Below are positions 42,048 to 51,954 of a DNA stretch of 64,000 nt, piece by piece; the first letter of the stretch is position 1, and every line of letters begins with the position of its first letter. Source of the stretch: an uncultured delta proteobacterium (GTDB lineage: Bacteria > Desulfobacterota > Desulfuromonadia > Desulfuromonadales > JACZKF01); contig CAWFKQ010000005.1 in the NCBI GenBank assembly GCA_963816395.1, forward strand, positions 256,001-320,000, written 5' to 3'. The position numbers were made by a program, and so were the translations under genes. The notes beneath the pieces were generated by a model, which was not told where the DNA came from, searched no databases, and saw only the letters and a list, made by a program, of their open reading frames with translations.

Positions 42048-42341
42048 ATGCGACGCGAACAAGCTATTCGGCTTCTGTCCAACCACCTGGATGAAATCCG
42101 TCGGAGATTCGACGTGGAATCCCTCTCTCTATTCGGCTCTGTAGCCCGGGATCAGGCCGGCCCGGTAAGCGACCTGGACATCCTTGTGGCCTACACACGA
42201 ACTCCCGGCCTTTTCGGATTTCTGGACTTGAAAGAATATCTTGAGGGTTTGCTGGGTTGTCCGGTTGATCTGGTGACGAGAAACGCCCTCAAGAGGCAGC
42301 TTCGCAACAAAATCCTCCAGGAGTCAGTTCGTGTCCATTAG
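42048..42341 (+). CDS. Minimal nucleotidyltransferase antitoxin
   Basis: LFGSVARDQAGPVSDLDILV, VDLVT. Confidence 0.9.
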   Translation: MRREQAIRLLSNHLDEIRRRFDVESLSLFGSVARDQAGPVSDLDILVAYTRTPGLFGFLDLKEYLEGLLGCPVDLVTRNALKRQLRNKILQESVRVH

Positions 42342-42666
42342 AGAGTGGAAGTTGCGGATCGAGGATATCCTGGAAGCAATTGCGCGAATCCAGCAATACA
42401 CCGCCGGGGTTCAATACGAGGAGTGGCAGAGGGACCAAAAGACAATCGATGCCGTTGTCCGCAACTTTGAAATTCTCGGCGAGGCTGCAACGCATGTCCC
42501 AACCGATGTGCAGGTTCTTTTCCCCGATGTGCCTTGGGGAAAAATGAAAGGAATTCGAAATCTGCTGATCCACGAATACTTTGGCGTCGATGTTGAAGTG
42601 CTCTGGAAGACTATCCAGGAAGATCTGCCGAATCTCAAAACCAGCTTGGCCAAGCTCTTGGATTAG
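42331..42666 (+). CDS. HepT-like (DUF86) toxin
   Basis: DAVVRNFEILGEA, PWGKMKGIRNLLIHEYFGVD. Confidence 0.9.
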   Translation: MSIREWKLRIEDILEAIARIQQYTAGVQYEEWQRDQKTIDAVVRNFEILGEAATHVPTDVQVLFPDVPWGKMKGIRNLLIHEYFGVDVEVLWKTIQEDLPNLKTSLAKLLD

Positions 42667-42930
42667 GCCACGCCATCTCCGGCCCGGAATGGACAAAATC
42701 TCAGGATCCCCCCTACTCTCCCCAGCAATAATCAGCTTCCAACCCGTTGTCTCACGAACGAAGCCCCTGGGGCGGACACCGATACCGAAATGTCTGACAT
42801 GTCTGCCAACTGCAAAATCACCATCTGCAAAGCCCCCCCCGGGGGGCTGGCCAACTGTCCATCCCAGGTGCCCTCCCACCGCTTCTCCGACAACATGGGC
42901 GTCGGCGGAGCACAGAGTCAACAAGTCACA

Positions 42931-42970
42931 AGCGTCCCGTCAGCACCTCCAGCGTCCCGTCAGCACCTCC
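42931..42970 (+). repeat. Perfect 20-bp tandem duplication
   Basis: AGCGTCCCGTCAGCACCTCC x2. Confidence 0.9.
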
Positions 42971-43238
42971 GATGCAGGAAATCACCAGGCTGATCGCCTT
43001 ATGGTTGGGTGTCGCCGGCTAATTTCGAGCCCGGCAGCAAAACCACCCGCCCCGGCCTCAGTTCCTACCGAGCCTTTCTTCCCCCCTCCGAAAACTTCAG
43101 AAATCAAGGACGTCCCCCTCCTTCCCCTCGAAAAACTCGCCGAAGTGGAGGAATTCCTCCGGCAGATCGAGGCCGGCCTGCGCATCTGAAGGACCCGCCA
43201 CCAGCCACCAGTCCCCAGTTATCAACTCGCCGGCGCAG
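42971..43238 (+). repeat. Fused third partial copies: mazF 3' end (42971..43124) and hepT 3' end (43126..43238)
   Basis: Match 41303..41457 and 37710..37822 respectively. Confidence 0.9.
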
Positions 43239-43731
43239 ACCAGGCCGGAGACGCTGCACAACTCCTGCCGCTAGAAGAAAACCCCTCCTCTTTCATTGCG
43301 GCAGCCATCCTCTCCCAGGTCGTCCCTTGAGGAATTTCCTACCGGGAAAATAAAGGTTTTCCCCATAGACGCTCTCTCCAACTTTTGGTTAGCCTGTGTC
43401 TAAAAAAAAGTTTCATCACTTTGGTTGAAATTCTTACAACCTCGGTTAGACTTCCGATTAAATTCAGGTTTGATTGTCAGAATTCATTTGAGTTAGCATA
43501 ACTTAGCCGTTTTTAATTTTTCTATTCGCCTGCAGACCAGGAATGCGGGCCTGCCTCTCAGGAGGGAACCATGAAGCTCTTCGTCACCCCTCTCGCCTGC
43601 TTGGCGCGTTTATCACCGCGGCCATTTCCGCCGCCGCTCCACTGCCTTTTCCCCCTGAAAACTTTTCCAAACGTTGGCCGGCTGGTGCCGCCCCGTGCCG
43701 CAGCGGGCACAAACCGACAGACGGAGGTTTG

Positions 43732-45420
43732 ATGAAATTCCCGAGGACTACTTTGCCGCGAACCCTGCTCTTCCTTCTGGCCGCTTCCCTGCTCCTGCCG
43801 CCATCCGGGTCCTTCGGGGGCGAGCTTGCCGCAGCCGAAGTCCATCGACTGGGAGAGCGGATGTACCGCGAGGGGATTCTTCCGTCGGGCAAGCCGCTGC
43901 AGGCGTCTTCCGCCGGCGCGTCTTCAATGGAGGGGCAAGCCGCCGCCTGTGCCGGTTGCCACCTGCGCAGCGGCCTCGGTTTCATCCAGGGGCAGACGGT
44001 CATCCCACCGGTCACCGGCGAGTCCCTTTACCAGCCGCGCAAGCCTTATAAAGAGGGGGACGAGTTTGTCCCCTCCATCCATAAATTGGCCTCACGCCTG
44101 CCGATAAGGCCTGCCTACAGCGACGAGACCTTGGCCACTCTGCTCACCACCGGCGTCGATCCCGGGGGCCGTACCCTTGACCCGGCCATGCCCCGTTACG
44201 AGCTGGATGACCGGGACGCGGCGATCCTCATTGCCTATCTGAAAACCCTCTCGGCTCAGCCCTCCCCCGGGGTCGGGGACAACGAGATCCGCTTCGCCAC
44301 GGTGATCGTCGAGGGGACCGACCCCGCCGAGGTCGAGTCGATGCTCGCCCCCCTGCAGTTCAACATCGAGCGGAAAAACAGCCTGGTCGCTGCCGCCCGC
44401 CATAGCGACCGGATCGCCCGCAAGGCCTACAACCAGCTGGGCGACCTGTACCAGGTCAGATTCTCTCTGGCCCGCTGGGTTCTCAAGGGCCCCGCGGCGA
44501 CCTGGCGAGCCCAGCTCGACGAGTATTACCGCCAGGAGCCGGTATTCGCCCTGCTGGGTGGAATCTCCAATGGAGAGTGGGAGCCGGTCCACCGCTTCTG
44601 CGAGGACATGGCGCTTCCCGACCTCTTTCCCGTCGTCGACTACCCGGTCCAGTCGGCGTCCGACCGGTACACCCTCTACTTCTCCCGCGGGGTGCGCCTG
44701 GAAGGGGCGGCCGCCGCCCGTTACCTGAACGGCCGCGCCGAAATCGCCGGCGACCGGCCGGTGGTGCAGATCGTCCGCGACAATCGCCGGGGGCGGACGC
44801 TGGCCGACGGCTTCCGCGCCGAGTGGAAAAGCGCCGGCCATGCCGCCGCGCAGGAGATCGTCCTGGCGGCCGGCGAAACGCTCACCGCCGAACGCCTGCA
44901 GTCGATCGTCGCCGGGGAGAAACCGGCCGCCCTGGTCGTCTGGGACGGCGCCTCCGCCCTCCCCGCCCTCGCCTCCCTGCCGGGACGGGCCGACGGCCCC
45001 AAGCTGCTCCTTGCCTCCGGGACCTCTCTGGGGAGCGCCCTGTGGTCGATTCCCCAACCCCTGCGGGAGTCGCTCTACCTGACCTGGCCCTACCGGCTGC
45101 CGCAGGAAGACGCCCGCTTCGACGGCGTCGTCCGCGGCACCTTGAGCGGCAGGCCGCTCGACAGGTTCGAGCCGCGGATTCTCCGCCAGTCCTACATCAC
45201 CCAGGTGATCTTCAGCGAAGCCATGCTCGCCCTGCACGGCGAATACAATCGTGACTTCCTTCTCGACACCATCGACCGCCTCAAAGCGCCCGACCCGCCG
45301 CTCTACCGGAAGCTCGATCTAGCGCCAGGCAAGCGCTACGTCGCCAACAGCTGTTCGATCGTGCAACTCGGCAAGGGGGAGAAGCCGAAGATGGAAACGC
45401 GGGGGAGCTTTGAGTTTTGA
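43732..45420 (+). CDS. Secreted monoheme cytochrome c fused to a periplasmic-binding-protein-like domain
   Basis: GGAGG RBS, signal peptide, CAGCH, distal AMPRY; PVFALLGG region. Confidence 0.75.
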   Translation: MKFPRTTLPRTLLFLLAASLLLPPSGSFGGELAAAEVHRLGERMYREGILPSGKPLQASSAGASSMEGQAAACAGCHLRSGLGFIQGQTVIPPVTGESLYQPRKPYKEGDEFVPSIHKLASRLPIRPAYSDETLATLLTTGVDPGGRTLDPAMPRYELDDRDAAILIAYLKTLSAQPSPGVGDNEIRFATVIVEGTDPAEVESMLAPLQFNIERKNSLVAAARHSDRIARKAYNQLGDLYQVRFSLARWVLKGPAATWRAQLDEYYRQEPVFALLGGISNGEWEPVHRFCEDMALPDLFPVVDYPVQSASDRYTLYFSRGVRLEGAAAARYLNGRAEIAGDRPVVQIVRDNRRGRTLADGFRAEWKSAGHAAAQEIVLAAGETLTAERLQSIVAGEKPAALVVWDGASALPALASLPGRADGPKLLLASGTSLGSALWSIPQPLRESLYLTWPYRLPQEDARFDGVVRGTLSGRPLDRFEPRILRQSYITQVIFSEAMLALHGEYNRDFLLDTIDRLKAPDPPLYRKLDLAPGKRYVANSCSIVQLGKGEKPKMETRGSFEF

Positions 45421-45429
45421 ATTAAAAAA

Positions 45430-45457
45430 CTAGCACTAGCCACTAGCCACTAGCCGC
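45430..45457. repeat. Heptamer repeat (CTAGCCA)n
   Basis: About 4 degenerate units. Confidence 0.65.
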
Positions 45458-45488
45458 TTGACCCTAGACCCCAACAAAGGAGGCAACC

Positions 45489-45761
45489 ATGACCCGAAAA
45501 CCCCTGACCTTGCTGGCGGCGCTGCTGCTGTCAGTCCTGCTGGTCGCGCCGGCGCTGGCGCAGGACGCCGGCACCCCGGCTACCAATGGCCAGGCCGTGA
45601 CGGCCGGGCCGGTATCGCAGGCGCAGCTGGACCTGATCAAGAAGCGCGAGGAGAGAATGATGCGGCACCAGGAAATGATCAAGAAACGCCTGGAGGTGAT
45701 CCAGGCGGCGGAGCAGGGGTCGCCACCGCCCCGTCAGCAGCAACTGCCGGCTGCCCAGTAG
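45489..45761 (+). CDS. Small secreted protein
   Basis: AAGGAGG RBS, signal peptide ending ALA-Q, coiled-coil. Confidence 0.7.
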   Translation: MTRKPLTLLAALLLSVLLVAPALAQDAGTPATNGQAVTAGPVSQAQLDLIKKREERMMRHQEMIKKRLEVIQAAEQGSPPPRQQQLPAAQ

Positions 45762-45817
45762 AACCCCGGCCATGATTTCAATGGAAGAAGAATAACCAAG
45801 TTCATAAGGAGGAGCAC

Positions 45818-48800
45818 ATGCACAGGCGGACATCCTACTTTTTCTTAATGGCCTCGGCTGCCCTGGCCCTGGTCTGGGGGGGGAACGCCATGGCGTACCT
45901 CAGCCCGCTGAACCCCGATGCCGTCAGCGCCGGGGTCATTTCGAGCACCGTTGACGACCCGAACTATGTCGTCGCTCCGGGAAGTGTACCGGATTATCTC
46001 TCTACCCCGAACTGGGCCTTCAGCCCGCCCCTGCGGAAGTTCGTCGACTCGCTTCCGCCCCTGGGCTGCGCTCAGGCCAACGACCTCGGGCAGTGTATCC
46101 CGGTGGCGGTCCCTGACACCACCACCTATCCCGGGTCCGATTACTACGAAATCGAGCTGGTCCAGTTTACCGAGCAGATGCACAAGGACCTGGCCAACCC
46201 GACGACCCTGCGCGGTTACCGGCAGGTGAACGCCGGGACCGACCTCGCCCCGGGGACCCTGCCGAGCGAGATGCTCTGCGGCAGCGACCGGCACGCCTGC
46301 AGCGCCGCCGACAATACGCTGGCGCCCACCGGCGCGGCGCATTTCCTGGGACCGATCATCGTCTCCCAGAAAGACCGGCCGGTGCGCGTCAAGTTCATCA
46401 ACAGCCTGCCCACCGGCTCCGGCGGCGACCTGTTCATCCCGGTCGACGAGACGATGATGGGCTCCGGCCCCTTCACCGTCGACTACGATCCGGTGACCAA
46501 GCAGCCCAAGCCCCTGACCAGCGGCAAGTTCACCGAGAACCGGGGACTGCTGCACCTGCACGGCGGCCGCACCCCCTGGATCAGCGACGGCACGCCGCAC
46601 CAGTGGATCACGCCGGCCGGCGAGGTCACCGATTATCCGACCGGCGTCAGCATGCAGAACGTCCCCGACATGCCCGATCCCGGCCCCGGCGCCAATACCT
46701 ACTACTGGACCAACCAGCAGAGCTCGCGGATGATGTTCTACCACGACCACGCCCTGGGGATCACCCGCCTCAACGTCTACGTCGGCGAGGCCGCCGGCTA
46801 CCTGATCCGCGACGACGTCGAGAAGCAGCTGGTCGAGAGCGGCGTCATTCCCGGCACCAAGGCCGACGGCACGGCGGTCATGGGCGGCGAGATTCCCCTC
46901 GTCCTCATGGACAAGACCTTCGTCGATGCCAGTACGATCCAGACCACCGATCCCACCTGGCGCTGGGGGACGGGGCCGGTCATCGGCCAGGTGCAGGAGA
47001 GCGGCGACAGCAAGTGACGTCCACCAGCCGAAAACCGGTGACCTGTGGTGGCCGCACGTCTACATGCCGGCCGAAAACCCCTTCGACATCTCCGGCATCG
47101 CGCCGATGGGACGCTGGGCCTACGGCCCCTATTTCTGGCCGCCGACCAACAATCTGTACCAGCCGGTCGCCAACCCCTACTACAGCCCGCTACTGCGACC
47201 CGAGCCGACGAGGCGACCCCGGGGAGCAAGGGCGGCTTCTGCCAGCCGCCGGAGATCCCCGGCACCCCCAACACCTCCTGGGGCGCCGAGGCCTTCATGG
47301 ACACCCCGACCGTCAACGGCACCGCCTATCCCGTCCATGACGGTCGAACCGAAGGCCTATCGCTTCCGGATCCTCAATGCGGCCCACGACCGCTTCTTCA
47401 ACCTGGCGTTCTATCAGGCCGATACCACCGTCGATCCGAATGTCGCCAATCCCGCCTGTGCGACCAGATGGGCGGCTGCGTCCAGGGGACGGAGGTGCGC
47501 ATGGTCGACGCCGCCGCCTCGGCGGTCAGCACCGCCCCGCCCGGCGGCACGGTTCTGCCCAAGCCCGGATACCTGGCCGGCCGACGGCCGCGAAGGCGGG
47601 CGTGCCCGACTGGAGCTGGGCCGGCCCGAACTGGGTCATGATCGGCGCCGAAAGCGGCTTCCTGCCGCAGCCGGTGGTCATCCCCGCCGCAGCCGGTCCC
47701 CTGGAACCTCGACGTCACCACCTTCAACGCCGGCAACATCAACGGCGGCTCCCTGATCCTCGGCCCGGCCGAGCGCGCCGACGTCATCGTCGACTTCTCC
47801 CAGTACGCCGGCAAGACGCTGATCCTCTACAACGACGCCCCGGCGCCCTGGCCGGCCCTCGACCCGCACTACGACTACTACACGGACGACCCGGACCGGC
47901 AGGACATGGGCGGCGCCCCCTCCACCAAGGCCGGGATCGGTCCCAACATGCGCACCGTCATGCAGATCAAGGTCGCCGGGGCGGCCAACGGCACCGCCTA
48001 CAACTACGGCTCCCCTCTTCGCGGCCTTCACCTCGACCTCCGGGAACCCGAGGCGTCTTCGAGCGCGGCCAGGACCCGATCATCGCCGCCCAGGGGAACA
48101 TGAACCCCAGCGGCGACCCGGCCAACTACGAGGCCTATCCCGTCACCCAGGACTTCAGCGCCTACACCAAGGCCTACAACCCGGCCACCCCTTCCCCTCC
48201 GCCTATCCCAACTGGGGGATTTCGCGGATCTACGACAAGCAGATCAGCTTCCTCAACCCTGAGTCCGGGAACATCGAGACGGTCGCCATGAAGACCAAGG
48301 CGATCCAGGACGAGCAGGGAGAGACCTTCGACGACTACGGCCGGATGCAGGCCTCCCTCGGCCTGGAGCTGGCCGATGCCGGCGCCGGGCAGGTGAACTT
48401 CATCATGCAGCACTACACCGACCCATCCACGGAGATCATCAACCCGGACGAAATCCAGGTCTGGAAGATCACCCATAACGGCGTCGACACCCATCCGATC
48501 CACTTCCACCTGTACGACGTGCAGGTGCTCAACCGCGTCGGCTGGGACGGCTTCATCCGCCTCCCCGACCCGACGGAGCTGGGCTGGAAGGACACCGTCC
48601 GCGTCAGCCCCCTCGAGGACACCATCGTCGCCCTCAAGCCGGTGACCCCGCGGGCTACCTTTCGGGGTTCCGGAGAGCATCCGGCCGCTGAACCCGGCGA
48701 CGCCCCTCGGCGACCTACATGGGGCTGTCGCAGATCGACCCGTACACCGGCAACGCCTGGCGACCCAACCTCAACCGCCTGTTCAACTTCGACTGGGAAT

Positions 48801-50005
48801 ACGTGTGGCACTGCCACATCCTCAGCCACGAAGAGAACGACATGATGCGGGCGCAGAGCTTCCAATTCGCGGAAGTGGTCCCCGCTGCGCCGACCAACCT
48901 GGTTGCGACGCCGAACGGGAATCAGGTGGATCTCACCTGGACCGATCCGACGCCGATCAACTATGTCGATCCCAATCAGACCAATTTCGGCAATCCTGCG
49001 AATGAGATTGGGTTCCGGATTGAGCGGGCCCCCGGCAGTACCGGAGCTTTCATTACCATAGGAACAGCCTTGGCGAATGTGACTAGTTATTCCGACCAAA
49101 CCATTCTAACAGGAGAGTCCTATACCTATCGCGTAGTGGCCTATAACGCTGCAGGAGATTCTCCGCCCTCTGCCACAACAAACTGGACGTCCCTAATTTC
49201 TTCTCTTTCTACGACCACTTTCGAGGTCGGGCAGACACAGATTGACTCACACCTGGAAAACGGTCACTCTCATCAATACATATAACCACCCGGTAGTTAT
49301 TGCCAAGCCTCTCAGTGAATATGGGTCCGATCCTTCAACAGTTCGTATCCGCAAGGTAACTAGTAATTCTTTCGAAGTCAGAGTGCAGGAATGGGATTAT
49401 CTGGATGGAATCCACACCAATCCAGAGACAGTAAGCTACTTAGTAATAGATGCTGGTCGTTACAAACTCCCAAACGGCAAAGTGGTAGAGGCGGGCTCAT
49501 CGAAACAAACCATGCCAATGTCAAGGCTACGCCTTGGCCGACAATCGCGTTTGCTCCATTTGGAGTGGTTCCCGTAGTAACTACCTCGGTTATGACCGAG
49601 AATGGTCTACATGCAGTCGTAACTCGTAACAGGGCAGTTACTAAGAGTAGTTTCGAGATTAGTTTACAGGAAGAGAAAGCTGGCGATCAGATACATGTGA
49701 ATGAAACTATTGGTTTCTTAGCATGGGAACCAGGTGTCGGAAACATAAATGGGTTGAAATTCCAGGCAGCCTCAGGATTTGCCGTTACTGATGCTTGGAC
49801 ATCTATTAATTTTACCCCATTTGCAACAATCCCCGCAATGATAATGGATATGCAAACGGTTAAAGGAATCGATCCGTGTAATCTTCGCTATCGCAAAAAA
49901 GGCCAATCTAGTGTAGAAGTACACGTTGTTGAAGAAAAATCTGTAAGTCAAGACATGAGTCACACCAACGCAGAATCGACTGGATTTATTGTATTTGGTA
50001 ATTGA
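45818..50005 (+). CDS. Large multicopper oxidase (Geobacter OmpB-like) with FN3 and C-terminal beta-rich repeats; split by many apparent frameshifts
   Basis: Four copper motifs in order HLHG, YHDH, HPIHFH, WHCHILSHEENDMM; FN3 PAAPTNL..YTYRVVAYNAAGDS; repeats such as VRIRKVTSNSFEVRVQEWDYLDGIH. Confidence 0.85.
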
Positions 50006-50010
50006 TTTAT

Positions 50011-50046
50011 CTTAACGCCCCCCGGTATTAGCTGGGGGGCGTTAAG
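50011..50046. terminator. Bidirectional terminator hairpin
   Basis: CTTAACGCCCCCCGG-TATTAG-CTGGGGGGCGTTAAG between convergent genes. Confidence 0.8.
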
Positions 50047-50117
50047 TTAATTGATTATTGATAGCGCGAAGACGAATTCAGAAAAGAATTAACCGAATTA
50101 ACCAACCAAGGCACATG

Positions 50118-50684
50118 TCAAATTTGGAGGAATTTTTTTTCAATTTTCATAAGATCCTCAATGCAACCAAGACTGTCGATTATGTAGTCCGCTTTAGTTG
50201 AGTTTTCCACTATCTTGTGCCCGCTCCTGACTAGTATGTTCAAGCCTACACCTGCACCTTTACCTGCTTCAATATCCGTTTCTTTGTCTCCGATAACTAT
50301 CGATTTTTCAAGGTTGATATTTAATTCATGAGAAGCTCGCAAGACCATACCTGGATTAGGCTTTCTGCACTTACAAGGAATTTTGTAACCACCAAAAGCT
50401 TCTAGCGGATGATGAGGACAAAAATAGACCCTTTTTATTTCTGTATCATTATCTTTAAATTTATTTAACATCCATGAATTTAATACATGAAATTCTTTCT
50501 CGGAATAGTACCCCCTGCCAATTCCTGATTGATTGGTAATTATAACAAGTAAAAAGCCAATTTTTTCAAGTAATTTACAAGACTCAAACACACCAGGTAA
50601 AAATTCGAACTCCTCAATCCGAAAAAGGTAATTTTTTTCCCTATTAATTACCCCATCTCTATCAAGAAATACGGCTTTGTTCAT
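50118..50684 (-). CDS. gmhB: D-glycero-D-manno-heptose 1,7-bisphosphate phosphatase
   Basis: AVFLDRDGVIN, TNQSGIGRG, CPHHP, CKCRKPNPGM, GDKETD. Confidence 0.93.
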   Translation of the reverse strand: MNKAVFLDRDGVINREKNYLFRIEEFEFLPGVFESCKLLEKIGFLLVIITNQSGIGRGYYSEKEFHVLNSWMLNKFKDNDTEIKRVYFCPHHPLEAFGGYKIPCKCRKPNPGMVLRASHELNINLEKSIVIGDKETDIEAGKGAGVGLNILVRSGHKIVENSTKADYIIDSLGCIEDLMKIEKKFLQI

Positions 50685-51378
50685 AGAATTTTGGCAGATC
50701 AATTTTTGCCCTCTCGTAATCCTCAGGAATTCCTATATCAATAAAAAATCGATTTTCGATATGTCCGTAAATATCAAAATCATTTAAATGATTTTCTAGT
50801 AGATCTTTTTCGAAAGAGAAATACTCCCCTAGTGAAACTCTTTGAAATATATCGGCTTTTATTAAATAAATACCACCATTGATATAACCAAGTTTAGTGA
50901 ATTTTTTTTCTTCAAAGCCTATAATCCGACTGTTCTCCAATTTAACAGATCCATATCTGTCGAATTCATGCATGCATTTAAGGGCAATGGTTATGTCAGA
51001 GTTAACTTGAAAGTGCCATTTTTCCATCTCTTTAAGGTTTATTCCAAAGAAGGTATCTCCATTTATTACAAAAACATTTTCGCTGACAGCAGAATATAAA
51101 GCCTTCTTTATAGCGCCTCCGGTTCCAAGGGGGGTTTGTTCAATAGAATAGGATATCGTCGCCCCATTAAATTCAGAGCCAAAAAATTTTTCAATGAAGT
51201 CATGACGATATCCAGTGGCGAGGATGATCTTACGAACTCCTTGCTTAACCAAAAACTCTATTAGGAATTGAAGAAAAGGAACGGAATTGATGGGGGCCAT
51301 AGGTTTTGGAATATCTGATATGACCTCTTTTAATCGAGTGCCGAAACCACCTGCAAGGATAATTGCTTCAGATACCAT
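50662..51378 (-). CDS. hddC: Heptose 1-phosphate guanylyltransferase
   Basis: AIILAGGFGTRL, PKPMA, PLGTGGA, FIDIGIPEDY; lies in a heptose cluster. Confidence 0.85.
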   Translation of the reverse strand: MVSEAIILAGGFGTRLKEVISDIPKPMAPINSVPFLQFLIEFLVKQGVRKIILATGYRHDFIEKFFGSEFNGATISYSIEQTPLGTGGAIKKALYSAVSENVFVINGDTFFGINLKEMEKWHFQVNSDITIALKCMHEFDRYGSVKLENSRIIGFEEKKFTKLGYINGGIYLIKADIFQRVSLGEYFSFEKDLLENHLNDFDIYGHIENRFFIDIGIPEDYERAKIDLPKFYEQSRIS

Positions 51379-51954
51379 GAGATTTTCCGAAAAGATCGTT
51401 TTCGACAAGTTGGCAGATGATATGTCCAAGGAGAATATGAGCTTCCTGAATCCGAGGTGTATCTACGGAGGGGACATTAATCAAGTACTGACTTAATGCT
51501 TTCATCTTCCCCCCAGAAGACCCAGTAATAGCAATGTTAATCAGGCCCTTTCTATTGCCAATTTCAAATGCTTTAAGAATATTATTTGAATTTCCAGAGG
51601 TTGAAAGGCCGAACAATATGTCGCCTTTTGACCCTTTGGCCAAAACAAGTCGCGCAAAAATCTCGTCATAGGAATAATCATTTGCAACAGCAGTCAAATA
51701 TGAGGTATTAACATGAAGTGCTTCTGCATCGAGAGGTGGCCTATCAGGTAGAATCGACCAGAAAGCTCTGCAGCCAAATGTTGAGCGTCAGCAGCACTTC
51801 CACCATTCCCACAAAAAAATACCTTTCTATTATTTTTAAAAGCTTCCGAGACCAATGAAGATATCACTCTAATTACTCGAATAATTTTTTCATTATCTAA
51901 AATAGTTTTTTTGACTAAAATAGATTCTTTTATAGCATTTTTTATTTTAATCAT
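51368..51954 (-). CDS. gmhA: Sedoheptulose 7-phosphate isomerase (apparent frameshift near 51740)
   Basis: CGNGGSAADAQHLAAEL in one frame; ANDYSY, STSGNS, RIQEAH in another. Confidence 0.9.

Noticed and set aside
42971..43238. Diversity-generating retroelement template/variable repeats
   Set aside because: No reverse transcriptase in the window, and differences between copies are not confined to adenines.
30390..43330. Classical integron or CALIN
   Set aside because: No tyrosine recombinase in the window, and I could not find RYYYAAC...GTTRRRY attC hairpins by eye; a covariance-model search is still needed.
43543..43731. N-terminal extension of the 43543..45420 ORF
   Set aside because: A better RBS and signal peptide start at 43732; the upstream MKLFVTPL stretch may be a small remnant but cannot be supported.
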